A stretch of 64,000 nt of DNA. It comes from a virus. Its lineage: Duplodnaviria > Caudoviricetes. Numbering within the stretch: position 1 is the stretch's first letter; every line of letters begins with the position of its first letter. Shown piece after piece: positions 28,256 to 39,900 of the stretch. The translations under genes and the position numbers were made by a program. The notes under the pieces are model-generated. The model had not been told where the DNA came from. It did not search any database and saw only the letters and a list, made by a program, of their open reading frames with translations. The stretch is taken from positions 160,001-224,000 of the IMG/VR virus record IMGVR_UViG_3300010163_000001; one strand, 5' to 3'.

Positions 28256-29159
28256 GCTTTCTCCTCCTTCCTTTCTCTTTTACACTTATCTTCATGGATG
28301 GAACTTTTGGACATTCATCATATGGGATATTTAACGCGTCTGGAATAGAATGAATTGCATTTCGTATCATTCGTACACATTTGGAATAAACCAATTTTTT
28401 TGCATCCATGCGTTCTTCTTCTGGAAGATATTCAAATGTGGTCTTTAAGTTTACAATTGTAAACTCTTTCAAAAAAGTATCTTCTGACTTTCCATATTCC
28501 TTAATTCTTGAGTAATTGTAAAAGGATACACGAAAATTAATAATTGAAACCGCGGTTCTGTGTTTTTCTGTTACATATATATTGATCTTGCTGTCTAATC
28601 CATCATTTTCGACTATACCTTTAGTAAACATATCTGCAGATATATTGCAATGCTGATGTGTTACTTTCATACTAGAAATATGAGGTATTTTACATTTTAA
28701 TACTGCTGGATCATTATTTGTATTGGAATTAGATTGAACATTTCTCGTCTTTTTGATTTCTACCACTTTTGGCGGCTCCGGCTCATCCATATATGGAAAA
28801 ATAGTTTTCATTGTTTGTATACACTCTTTTTTATATGCTTCCCGCACTTCAAAATATGGAGGCACTATTTGCATTGCTTCGAACGGATTTGATTCCATTT
28901 GATCCATAATCGTTTCCATAAATTTCTTCTTATAGTCCTTCGACCAGTGATACCTCCAATGAACGTCATATGCATCTGCCAACTGATGATTAAATAACCC
29001 AATTACATTGGTTATTTTTGAGAATTGTTTGTCCTGCTCATAATTCTTAAATTCTTTATGTTTAATTGCATCTATTATGAAATCTCTTACTTTTGTTATT
29101 TCATTCATCATTTCGTTGATTACTTTATCATTTAAATCCGCTCCAATAATTTCAATCAT
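28245..29159 (-). CDS. hypothetical protein (304 aa)
   Basis: AAGGAG SD. Confidence 0.75.
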   Translation of the reverse strand: MIEIIGADLNDKVINEMMNEITKVRDFIIDAIKHKEFKNYEQDKQFSKITNVIGLFNHQLADAYDVHWRYHWSKDYKKKFMETIMDQMESNPFEAMQIVPPYFEVREAYKKECIQTMKTIFPYMDEPEPPKVVEIKKTRNVQSNSNTNNDPAVLKCKIPHISSMKVTHQHCNISADMFTKGIVENDGLDSKINIYVTEKHRTAVSIINFRVSFYNYSRIKEYGKSEDTFLKEFTIVNLKTTFEYLPEEERMDAKKLVYSKCVRMIRNAIHSIPDALNIPYDECPKVPSMKISVKEKGRRRKHFN

Positions 29160-29237
29160 GTTTATTTTTCTCCTTTTTAAATTAAATTAGAGAGGGATGA
29201 TGAGAATATCATCATCCCTCGTGTTTCTCTTCAGTTG

Positions 29238-29804
29238 CTATTTTCTAATCTTTTTTCTACGCTTCTTTTCTTTGTCATATTTCTTTTCTGCATCCTTTTC
29301 TAATTTATGAAGTCTCTCTGACAATACGTTTAACTCATCCTCTGATAAAGACTCTCTCAATGCTTTTTTACATTCCTTTGTGTCATCAAGAATATAAACA
29401 AATGGAATGTTTACGTTAAACATTGTTATGAATCTTCTGCGTAACCTTTTCTTATAGGTTTTGAATGCTTTGTTTCTGAGGACAATAAACATATTGATAT
29501 CCCGCTCACATAATCCAGATACCGTAGCAAGAATTGCATTTGTCATAGATACCCCGTTCAGATATCTGTCTTCCAAATCTTCGATTTTATCTAAATCGAT
29601 GATTTCGCTGGAATCAAATGCTTTGTCTGATGTTAATTTCAATAATCTTGCAGGCGGGCAAAACGCATCCATAGTTACAGTATTTGTGAATTTTGATAAT
29701 TTTGCGTCATCATCGTCGGTACCATCAAAAATTATATAATCCTTATACTGTACCAATTTCTTCTTGTTCTTTTCCCATTGCTTCATTGACATGATAAAAA
29801 TCAT
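29238..29804 (-). CDS. hypothetical protein (188 aa)
   Basis: AAGGAGG SD; ATGA overlap. Confidence 0.75.
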   Translation of the reverse strand: MIFIMSMKQWEKNKKKLVQYKDYIIFDGTDDDDAKLSKFTNTVTMDAFCPPARLLKLTSDKAFDSSEIIDLDKIEDLEDRYLNGVSMTNAILATVSGLCERDINMFIVLRNKAFKTYKKRLRRRFITMFNVNIPFVYILDDTKECKKALRESLSEDELNVLSERLHKLEKDAEKKYDKEKKRRKKIRK

Positions 29805-30508
29805 TTTTTATCAACCTCCTTAAAATATTTATTCTTTTCAATAATATATCCTTTATCAAATTCCTTTTTTGACTTTTCATAACCTAATGATTCACAATAT
29901 TCTTCTAGTTCTGTTACTGTATTTCCATACCCTATGATTTCCCAGTGATCATCATTTGAAAAAGTAGAACCCATAGGATCAGTATAATAATTTTCTGCTA
30001 CGTATGGAATCTTTTCTAGAAACATTGTTCTCAACTTTTCTACTCCGTTCAAATAACGTTTAATCTTTTCTGGTGAAAGTTGTTCTATCTTAAATCCAAT
30101 TTCTTCTTCCGGTGTATCTGGTTTCCATAATCTCGGATTACTTCCGGAATATTCCGGAAGGTCAGATAAACTGTTATCATCTATATTTAAAATAGACTCG
30201 TCTTCTTCCAGATGAAAGTATATAGGACCAGTATCTCCTAATATTGCTATCTTTGCATCTTGTGGCTGGTTGGTTAAATAAGTAACCAACTCATCCACTG
30301 TTAATCCAGGTGTATACCGCCATTCTTTCTTATTATACATTTTTGTATCTCCTTTCATTTTTAAAATAATTGACATTGCCTTATCACCGTCAAAATCTGC
30401 ATTTACAAGCGCTTTTGCACATTTTATAATATCCATTCCCGATGTATTATGGAGATTAATAATCATGCTCTTAATGTTGTCTAATTCTTCTTTTATTGAT
30501 AAACTCAT
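29801..30508 (-). CDS. protein with N-terminal EF-Ts UBA-like domain; internal start at 30340
   Basis: IINLHNTSGMDIIKCAKALVNADFDGDKAMSIIL resembles the EF-Ts N-terminus; AAAGGAG SD before internal ATG (MYNKKE). Confidence 0.6.
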   Translation of the reverse strand: MSLSIKEELDNIKSMIINLHNTSGMDIIKCAKALVNADFDGDKAMSIILKMKGDTKMYNKKEWRYTPGLTVDELVTYLTNQPQDAKIAILGDTGPIYFHLEEDESILNIDDNSLSDLPEYSGSNPRLWKPDTPEEEIGFKIEQLSPEKIKRYLNGVEKLRTMFLEKIPYVAENYYTDPMGSTFSNDDHWEIIGYGNTVTELEEYCESLGYEKSKKEFDKGYIIEKNKYFKEVDKK

Positions 30509-30523
30509 ATAAAATCTCCTTTC

Positions 30524-31312
30524 TTAATAAATAGAATCTGATAATCCATCGAAATCTGGCATTTCAATATTATTCAAATTTGAAATCATTTGATTTTCAA
30601 AATCCTCTAATTCTAAGTTCATGCGTCTTCGTAAATCTAAGAAAGAATATTTCGTTCGACATGAACCATTTTCACATATGAATCCAGTGTAGTTACTGTT
30701 ACACACAAGCTGTCCTCTGCATTTTGGACAACTCATAATGTGTTCATTTCCTTTTATTGGATAAACATACCCAATATCAAGAATTACAATATCCCCATTA
30801 GATCGATATCCATAATTTTCATAATTCTTTAAATCAAAACCTATATCCTCAAAGATATAATTCTTTGATAAATCCTTAAGTATGGTTTTGATCCCATTTT
30901 CATTTAGAAGAAATTCCTGTTTATCCATAAGTGTAACATACTCTTCTACAAGAATTAACATATTACACTCATATGCCTTTATAGCATATTCAGGAATTTC
31001 CAAACTCCTTTTATATTCCGTGAAATTATCAACAAATCCACGGCGATCTAATGCGATTATATAAATTAATCCAGCACCTCCTTTAAATTCCCTTTCTGAA
31101 GATGGATTGTACAGGAACGACATCCGATTCGTTCCTGTGCCAATTTCTTCAAACTCTGGTCCGAGTAATTCTGGTACCATCTCTGCTTTATCATTGTTAT
31201 CTTCAATATCTACTCGACATGCATGGTAATATAACATTTTCAACAAATCTTTTGAAAATATCTGATTAATCAATGATCCAGTTTCTCGATGTTCTCTTGT
31301 CTGGAAAAACAT
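30524..31312 (-). CDS. protein-kinase-like fold with C-terminal Zn ribbon
   Basis: IGTGTNR, ALDRRG..DN..E, EDIG....NYG, VILDIG; CPKC...CENGSC. Confidence 0.65.
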   Translation of the reverse strand: MFFQTREHRETGSLINQIFSKDLLKMLYYHACRVDIEDNNDKAEMVPELLGPEFEEIGTGTNRMSFLYNPSSEREFKGGAGLIYIIALDRRGFVDNFTEYKRSLEIPEYAIKAYECNMLILVEEYVTLMDKQEFLLNENGIKTILKDLSKNYIFEDIGFDLKNYENYGYRSNGDIVILDIGYVYPIKGNEHIMSCPKCRGQLVCNSNYTGFICENGSCRTKYSFLDLRRRMNLELEDFENQMISNLNNIEMPDFDGLSDSIY

Positions 31313-31337
31313 TTAATTGAAATTCTCCTTTCCTAAA

Positions 31338-31649
31338 TTAGTATTGATAAAAGCTATCAGGCAATTCTAACTTTAGTATATCTAAGGCTGGCATATATTT
31401 AGGAGTCCAAATATACACATTAATGCCTTCTGAAAGTTTTTCCGGTATCAGAGGAGATTTAAATATTCCTCGATTTTCCAAATTTTCTCTGAAATCTTTA
31501 GATGTGTTTACTATAATATTTTTTCCCTTATATTTTGGATCTTCTGAAAACTGTTTGATGAGTGCTTCTTTTACTTCATCTGCCTGCTCGTCACTCATAC
31601 ATATAATATTCATATCTAATGAATATTCTTTATAATCTTTAAGACTCAT
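31338..31649 (-). CDS. hypothetical protein (103 aa)
   Basis: GGAAGGTG SD. Confidence 0.7.
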   Translation of the reverse strand: MSLKDYKEYSLDMNIICMSDEQADEVKEALIKQFSEDPKYKGKNIIVNTSKDFRENLENRGIFKSPLIPEKLSEGINVYIWTPKYMPALDILKLELPDSFYQY

Positions 31650-31663
31650 GTTAACACCTTCCT

Positions 31664-32758
31664 CTAATCCCTATAAATATCCTTTAATCGGAAACTTAGA
31701 GAGTTTTTATCCCTATCCAAATTTATTTTGTTTCCTAATAAAGTTTTTTCTAAAAGTGCATCATTATCCCTCCTTCGTTCTATTCGTTCTCTTTCTTTTC
31801 TAGAACGTTTTCTAACCTTCTTTAATTCCTTCTTTGTCATTGGTTCAGTTGCTCCTATTTGAGAGCGTATCATTTTAACAGATTTCTTATCCATAGAACG
31901 ATTTAACGTACCAATGATATCATAACCGCTTCTCCATAATTCTTTGTAAACTTCCATCTGAACTCTATCTTTCTTTCTAACCAGACGATTATTTACAATT
32001 TCAGATTTCTCACCATCCAGCATTTCAAGAAGTTCTGGTCTCATGCTTTCAAATGTCTCATCTTCTTCCATAATGTCACTAATGGACATATTATCGTACT
32101 TAGAAGTACGATTTCCAGAAGAATCGTAAATACCACGTTTTGTTTGATTTAAATATTCCACAATAAAATCTGTACCCGCATTCGAACCAATGGAACGATA
32201 CATGTTGTCTCGCCTAGTTTTTCCAGCAATTTTAGCGAGCATGATATTAATTCGTTTTTGCACGTCTTTCGGGAATTTCTTATCTGAATCACCTTCTTTG
32301 ATATTTTCACCAAATTGTCCAGGAAGTTCCCCTCTTATTAACTCTAACATATCCTCCTTTGTAAGAGGTACTGCCATACATGGTTTTGTAGGAATAACCC
32401 CCGATCGTAGAAATTGTCTATTTCTACGATTATTCTTTAATTTAGGTTTTGCTGGAACAGGATCTTCCATGACGTCTGTTTTTAATGCGTTTTTAATCAC
32501 TCTCATGGAACCATACTTCTCTACCAACATATCCATATACTGATGGTACATTTCCATGGCTTCAACCCAATCGAAATAATCATTATACCGCCTACGCAAC
32601 TTCTTTACAATAAGAGTCATCTCGTCATCTACAAATGATTTTGCATAATAGTCATCTCCAAAATCATTAAATAATGGATTAAATAAGAAATCTGGAAATA
32701 TTTTATCATCCGCCTCTCTTACAAAATCCAATGAATCATAATATGATTCATGTTCCAT
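31664..32758 (-). CDS. hypothetical protein (364 aa)
   Basis: AAGGAGG SD; early-type motif at 32797-32810. Confidence 0.8.
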   Translation of the reverse strand: MEHESYYDSLDFVREADDKIFPDFLFNPLFNDFGDDYYAKSFVDDEMTLIVKKLRRRYNDYFDWVEAMEMYHQYMDMLVEKYGSMRVIKNALKTDVMEDPVPAKPKLKNNRRNRQFLRSGVIPTKPCMAVPLTKEDMLELIRGELPGQFGENIKEGDSDKKFPKDVQKRINIMLAKIAGKTRRDNMYRSIGSNAGTDFIVEYLNQTKRGIYDSSGNRTSKYDNMSISDIMEEDETFESMRPELLEMLDGEKSEIVNNRLVRKKDRVQMEVYKELWRSGYDIIGTLNRSMDKKSVKMIRSQIGATEPMTKKELKKVRKRSRKERERIERRRDNDALLEKTLLGNKINLDRDKNSLSFRLKDIYRD

Positions 32759-32885
32759 TTTGTTATCCTCCTTTCCTAAATATTTTCATTCACAATAAAA
32801 TAATATATTAGTCAAAAATTAAACAAAAAAAGACGGGTGAAACATTTTTTATTTCACCCGTCTTCACGCTGCCCGTCACATGGTA

Positions 32886-33314
32886 TCAGCCAAACAACGT
32901 AAGCAATGCTTTCAGACGTTCGACAGAATCAACGATGTCACTGATTTCTTCGTCCTTATCGGCCTCTTTTTCTTTGCCGCTGAAAATATCATGGTACTTT
33001 TTCATTATATCACTCATATCCATGAATTCAATGGACGCGCCGATAACGTTGATCTCATTATACAACTTTGCCACACCAAGCCGTTTTTCTGCCTCATCAA
33101 TGTCTTTCCCTTCCGCAAAGTTTTTGTACAGCTTCTTAATCGCGGGCTGAGAATCAATTGCATTTTGTAATACGCAGCGGCGAAAATCATCGCGTTCTTG
33201 CAATGTTTCAAAACGCGCATCGAGAAACTTATCGAACTTGCTTCCCATTTCAGGGAGATATGTTCCCAACATGTCCCTTAAAGATTCTCCACTCATAATA
33301 ATAATTTTAGCCAT
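32886..33314 (-). CDS. hypothetical protein with elevated GC
   Basis: ATG 33314 after GAGGAGG; early motif at 33363; terminator ~32830-32864. Confidence 0.75.
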   Translation of the reverse strand: MAKIIIMSGESLRDMLGTYLPEMGSKFDKFLDARFETLQERDDFRRCVLQNAIDSQPAIKKLYKNFAEGKDIDEAEKRLGVAKLYNEINVIGASIEFMDMSDIMKKYHDIFSGKEKEADKDEEISDIVDSVERLKALLTLFG

Positions 33315-33444
33315 AACTTGTTCCTCCTCTTTGTATGTTTTATGTTTTATCTTATGACACATAAAAAATATATGATCATAATATGACGCAATGCGACATT
33401 AACATGGTAGATAACTACAGTTATCTACCATGTTAATATGTTAA

Positions 33445-33945
33445 TTAACTTCTAAATCGTTTATATAATTCTTCGAATTCTTCTTCATCAAATTCAGATT
33501 CCATTTCATATATATCATAAATATATTTCGCATAAAATTCACGAAACTTAGCTATTGTATCTTTAAATTCCACAATAATATACTTTGTGATACCATCTAA
33601 GATATGTTTGATTTTCTCATCATCTGTAATAGAATCTTCCTGTACCGTGATGACAATGTAATTTTTAGAGATAACCTCTACACTTGTATCATCACCGGTT
33701 ACGATAAGGAGTAAACCAGATAATGGGTAAAGCAGTTCCGTCTTACAAAGCACTCCTATAGCATGATTTCCACTTTTGATAGCATTTCGAATTCTGCTGT
33801 TTTGAGGAAATGTTTTATTCACATTCCTAAGAATATCTGCTAAAGATAAATCTGTAATATCCATATCTATCTGAGCAAAATTAATATCTTTTATTGAATC
33901 TGGAAGGAATGTCTTTATAAAGTCTTCTTTTGAAGTCGTTAACAC
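33445..33945 (-). CDS. hypothetical protein (166 aa)
   Basis: AGGAGGTG SD, GTG start. Confidence 0.75.
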   Translation of the reverse strand: MLTTSKEDFIKTFLPDSIKDINFAQIDMDITDLSLADILRNVNKTFPQNSRIRNAIKSGNHAIGVLCKTELLYPLSGLLLIVTGDDTSVEVISKNYIVITVQEDSITDDEKIKHILDGITKYIIVEFKDTIAKFREFYAKYIYDIYEMESEFDEEEFEELYKRFRS

Positions 33946-33951
33946 ATCTAA

Positions 33952-36900
33952 TCACCTCCTATTTTCAGTCTTTCCAATTATTATATTCGTATCTTGTTTA
34001 AGTTTATCATCTATTTGACCAAGAACTTCTATATTTGTTCTTCTTGGTCCATCTAATTCTTTAAGGATATGTGTTGTTTCAGTACTGTATAAGTCTTCCA
34101 ATGTAGCTTTCTTATATTTACTTGATTTCTTTTGCTCTATTGAAGTTTCTATATTAACAAGCCTCCTCATTGGCGTGTCTAATAATTTTAATGATGGTGG
34201 GACATAAATACCTTTCATGCTCCCAAGTTTTAAGGTTTTATCAGCACTCTTAGCTTTTGCACATTTTATTCTACAATAGGTTTTATTCTTTTTGACGAAT
34301 GAAAAATCTGCATTTTTGCATCCAATACGATAATTCTTATTTTTCTTTTCTTTCTTAACTTCACCAGTTGGTAATGTTTTTGTAATTGTAACTTTCTTAG
34401 TTCTTTTTTTCTTAAAGAACTTTTGTAAATTCTTTCGTAAAATTGATTTTGCTGTCTTCTTAACTTTCTTATCCGTACGAAGTGTTCCAGGGAATAATGC
34501 TTGACCCCATCCTATAATGGTTCCGCCTTTCCTGGCAATTTCATACTTCTTACACTTTTTACATCTTGACACTGATTTTTTGTACTTTTTAATCCATTTT
34601 TCTAGCTGTTTTTCATATTGTTTATATTTCTTAGTTGTTTTACCTTTTTTAGATGCTTTGAATCCTCTATCAAGCCTAACTCCTTTTATTGTAATAGACT
34701 TAAAGTATATCTTCTTAGCGTCTCCTTTTGCTTCAATACTTGGAAATTTTGAACCCATCGTTGCAATTCTAAATGACCAAGAATAAGGTTTTCCAGTAGT
34801 TACATAATTATCACAGTGAAATTGTACATGATTATCACTAGTACCTGATTCGGGTGTGTATTTTACAATTTCACATTCTTTACATTTTGTAGTTTTCTTT
34901 ACAATCTTCTTGTAATAAGTTTTTGCTAATTTCTTTATGAATACTTTAATGAGTTTCTTATCAGGAAATTCATATTTTTCTAATTGCGCTCTTATTTTAG
35001 TAGTAGAGAAGAATTTTTTCTTTCTACACTTCTTACATTTTTCATATTGCTCTGATTGAGCTTTATTAAGTTTCCTCATCTTTTTAATTCTTTTATATGC
35101 TCCGTCATATGTCTTATATACTTTCGATTTCTTTACTCCATCATGTTTCTCTATTATAATCCAACAATTCTTATCTTTAGACGCTTTTCCAATCTTATTG
35201 TATATAATTCCTTTAAAGTCAACTTTTTTCGCTTTAATGACTCGTCTACCGCCATAATTAAACGAGAACTTCCAACTTCCAGGGTTGACTTTCTTATTTG
35301 CTTTTAATGTATAAGTGATCTTCTTTTTTGAAACCTTTGGTTTTGCTTTGAAATTGGATTTCGCATTTTTTACAGAGCCTTTACTCATAACAAGACCAAG
35401 TTTCTTTAGCAATCCAGACCATTTCTTTACCTTCAAAGCTTTTCCAATTTGTGATTTCTTTAATAGCGCATCTGTTTTAATAGCACTTGATGGCTTAATT
35501 TCTACAGTCATTTTCTTTTTCTTTACAGTAACTTTCTTAATTTCTCCAATACGGGTTAATATGGTCTTACTTACTGTAAAAGTTGTCCAGTTTTTAGAAT
35601 CCTTTAATGGAATACTATCCAGTAATGCTTTATCTTTAAAGTGGAATGTAAATCTATACTTTCCTTTCGGAAGACATCTCATTGTTTTCATTGGTATATT
35701 AATGCCTTTTACTTTAGGTTCCTCTGGATCTAACACATCTGGATCTAAGAACCATGTTACTTTTGATGTTGCTGTTCTGAAGCAATCAGAATAATCAATA
35801 TCCTTTCCTTTGACAATCTTCTTTACTGTCAAAGAAAATCCTTTACAAGAACTAAGTGCTGGATAAGTACCTTTAAATCTAACTTGTAAAAATGGTGCCT
35901 TCGTAGTATCTTTTGTATTTAACTTTACCGTTAAGTTATTTGGATGCTTCGTAGTTAGCCATGGAGTTTTAAATTTCTTTTTCATGATAACTTCTTCTAT
36001 CTCTTCATTATCAGGATTCGATCCCATATCAGAATCAGGTTTATCTCCTGTTAATGTAAACATATAAGTTCCGCTACGTAATTCTTCTAAGAACATACTA
36101 CTCTTAGACAAAGGTAGCCATATCTCAGTAAGTGACAAATTATTATTCAGATCTTCTTTATTTGCTTCTTCAATTGTATCAAACGATCCAGACCAATCTT
36201 CATCAATTGCCACACCTTTTTCATCTTTATGTTGTCTTATGATATCATATATGCATGATCTTAAGAAAGTTGACAATTGTGGTCTCTCGAATCGTATGAT
36301 TAATCCGGCTGCTTGTTTTGTATCTTTTATAGAAGTATTTATTTTGATAATTTCATCTATATTTCCATAACTATGAACATATGGATTTAGTGAAAATCCA
36401 TCAAATGTTAATGTTTTATAAATGGATGATGATATAAATTTAATGGCAATGCTTGCATTTTTTGCTCCTAAAAAATCTTTTGTTTCATCTAATGGAATAT
36501 ATATCTTTGTGATAAATTTTATCTCGTTTGATATAATAGTATTTACACCCCATGTATCATGATCCATGATTACAAAATCTTTTAATGATGTTCGTGTAGT
36601 TGTTGACTCATTTACTATAGTTACTTCGTCTAATTCAAATCCATTTTCTTTGTTAATATGCGTATTAAAGAATGTTGTATAGCAAGGCATCTCGTCAAAT
36701 ACAACTGCAACATACGGTCTTTTAATAGCTTTTTTCCATTTATATTCTTTATTTATTTTATCAAATGAAAAATAATACGTATCTAATGTATCCTGGTCAG
36801 TATATTTATCTCCGACATGTTTCTTTAAAGTTTCTTCTCCAGAAATTTCCCAATTTGAAGTTAAACTAGTCATACTTGACAGTACAGTTGGATCACCATA

Positions 36901-39900
36901 ATCACTATATGTCTCAGTTCCTCCTCCATTTACAATTGGATTCACAGTTGGAGCATACATCTCTGACTTAACAGAATATATTGTTGGTAATGAATTTATT
37001 GAACGTATTTCTTGTGCAAAACTTGTTTTCTTTGTGAAAAATAGTAAATTTGTTGGATGTTGAAAACTTGTATTTGGGTTGTATACCTTAATAATATAAT
37101 TTCCAGGTGGAAGAATATTCTCTTCCTTAATATCAAGATTAAATTGATTATATAATCCTTCTGTTGGAGTAAGTTTTGAAAAGTCTGTACTTTCTAAGAC
37201 CGACTTAAAGTAATCTGCATAATTAAATGTGTTAACCTCATCTTCACTCTTAGGTAACTGATATATCGTAATAGTTGTTTTTGGATCTTCAAAGAATGAT
37301 ATCGGCAATCCTTCTTTTAATGTAAACGTTATTTTTCCTGGATTTGTGCTATATGTGCTAATATATGAAATCATAGATTCCATACCAGTAATGTGTAAAG
37401 GAAGTTTTATGGAATCAGAAGCTAAAGCCATCCATTTCCAAGAGAATAAACATTCCCCTTCATTTCTTGTTGATAGTGGTAGGTATCCTTCTTTTATTGG
37501 TATTCTAATTCCACTAATATTATACTGACTATCATACATAATCGTTGCTTCTTTTGAAGATCTGAATACGAAATATGGTGGAACATAAGAGTTATAACTC
37601 TCAAGTGCATAAGAAGAGAAATATAATACATTCTCATTTACATCTTTCATAGATACTTCTATAAATGGAACACTGACCATAGGATCATCAATTCCATCTG
37701 GTGGTAGTATTTGTACACCTGTTATACTTCCCGGATTATCTATCATATATGGAAGGTCTACAGGATCTTTAGTTGTATATAACAGCATATAGTCGTTATC
37801 TGTTTCAAGATGAATTTGACCATAATAACTTCCTGTTTTCGGGACATCTGCAGATAAGCATTCTTTCCATACGAATGTTGAATATGTGGAAACATCCTCT
37901 CCTTCACCTTCGGTGATAATTTCTTTCACGAATTGATAAGTGCCAACTAACTGTATTGCTCCGTTTACACATTCATATTTGTAATAGATATCATACAAAT
38001 GATCTTCTTTTTCACTATCGGTATCCCATCTAACAAATAAGGGATTTTCCATATTAGCTTCTTCTGATCCCCTATAAAAATCAACAGGTCCTAATTCACA
38101 TCCATCTCGTAATTCTACGTAGAAGTAATCTCCTTTTGTACCTCCATATTGACTTGGTACATAGGTGATTGACCGGAATGTGAGATCTTCAACATATGAA
38201 TTTAGTGTCCATTGTGTTCCCGATACAGAAGTTAACCAACTTCCATTAGAACCACATGCAATAAATCTATTATCTGTAAATATTACATCTCTTAATGGGT
38301 ATGTGACTCCACTATTTATTAAGTTAAACTCATATTCACCATCCTCTGGAGTAACACGACCAATTGTTCCACCATCACCCACTGCAATAATGGAATCATC
38401 ATGATAACATACTCCGTAGAATGATTTTGTAATTTCAGTATTTATTTTTGTAAATGAAGGATTTTCAATATCCTTAGAGACTAAAATAAGTCCTCTTGTT
38501 CCCACTAAAATAATTGCTGAATTGTCAATTACTTCTTCAATTACCGGTTCTGGTTCTGGAGCACCAATAGTTTCTCCATCTTCATCATCTTCGGTGTTAT
38601 CCGGTTCTGCCGTAATTATAGTTTCATTTTTAAAGTAGGTTACACTGTTAATATTTACATCACATCCAGTTTCCAATGCTGTCCACGTATTACCACTATC
38701 TTTCGTCATGATAGCTGTACCGTCATATCCTACTGCAATATATTGGGTTGGAGTGATTTCTGTAATAGCTGTTAATGTTTTTGTGGTTGCATTTGTTTCA
38801 ACTATATTTGCAGTGATTCTACCATTCTCAATGACACCTTTTAAAATAATACCATCTGCTCCTACGATAATGATGTTATTATCTATGATTAAGCAATCAT
38901 TTAATGCTTTTGAAGTCCCAAGACTAAATACTTGTGCTTTTTCATAACTAGAGAAGTCTTTTATTCTTAATATTTTACCACTTCCACATAATGCGAAGTA
39001 GTTATTGGAATTATCTATAAATACTTTCTTAATTGAAATATCTTGCTGTGTATCATATTTTTTCCATGTATTTCCGTCATAACTATATAAAATGTATCTT
39101 TGATCTGTTGGAAGTAAGAATATTCCAAAGAAATTTGATTCGTTTATATCTTTAAATATATCCTCATATAATGTCTCATTTAGATCTGCTTCTAATAAGG
39201 AAAAATGATATTTTTTTATTAGACTTACATCTACAGGGTGTTCTAAAGATACCTTTAATTTGTTTATTGCCTGTACAGTAATAGATGAAATTGAATTCTG
39301 TATCTCGTGTACCATATATGGCAAAGTAATAGAACGAGACCATAATGTATACTCGTCTGAATTATCCTCATCTACTTCTTCATTATCTTCTGTCTCGTCT
39401 TCATTTTCATCTTCCTCACTATCATCATCTTCTCCTACGCCAATTTCAATGAAGAATTCAAATGTATAATTACCAGGATTCAATGATGCTCCTGATTCAA
39501 GTGCTAATCGAATAGTGTAACTATTTTCAAATTCACTAATGAAATTGAAATCTTCTAGATTATTTATAATAGAAATATCCTCAAATTCAGATGAGAAATC
39601 TTCTCCATCCTCATTTAAAACACGTAATCCTACAATTTCAAATAATTCAGTTGGTAGATCTTCTGTGAATGTTACATCTATATAGTATAATCCGCTTGCT
39701 TCAATTCTTTCTATATAGCCAATATTATTTGACAAGAACGGAAGCTCTCCCGTATATGCAAATGGAGTTATTTCTACAGCATCTTCCATATCTTTTTCAT
39801 TCTGATAGCATAATCTTAAGTCATACGTACCTGGAATAACTGTAGTACCTGTTTCTAATTCAAGGATTATTTCATCCGTCGTATTAACTGTTTTCAGAAT

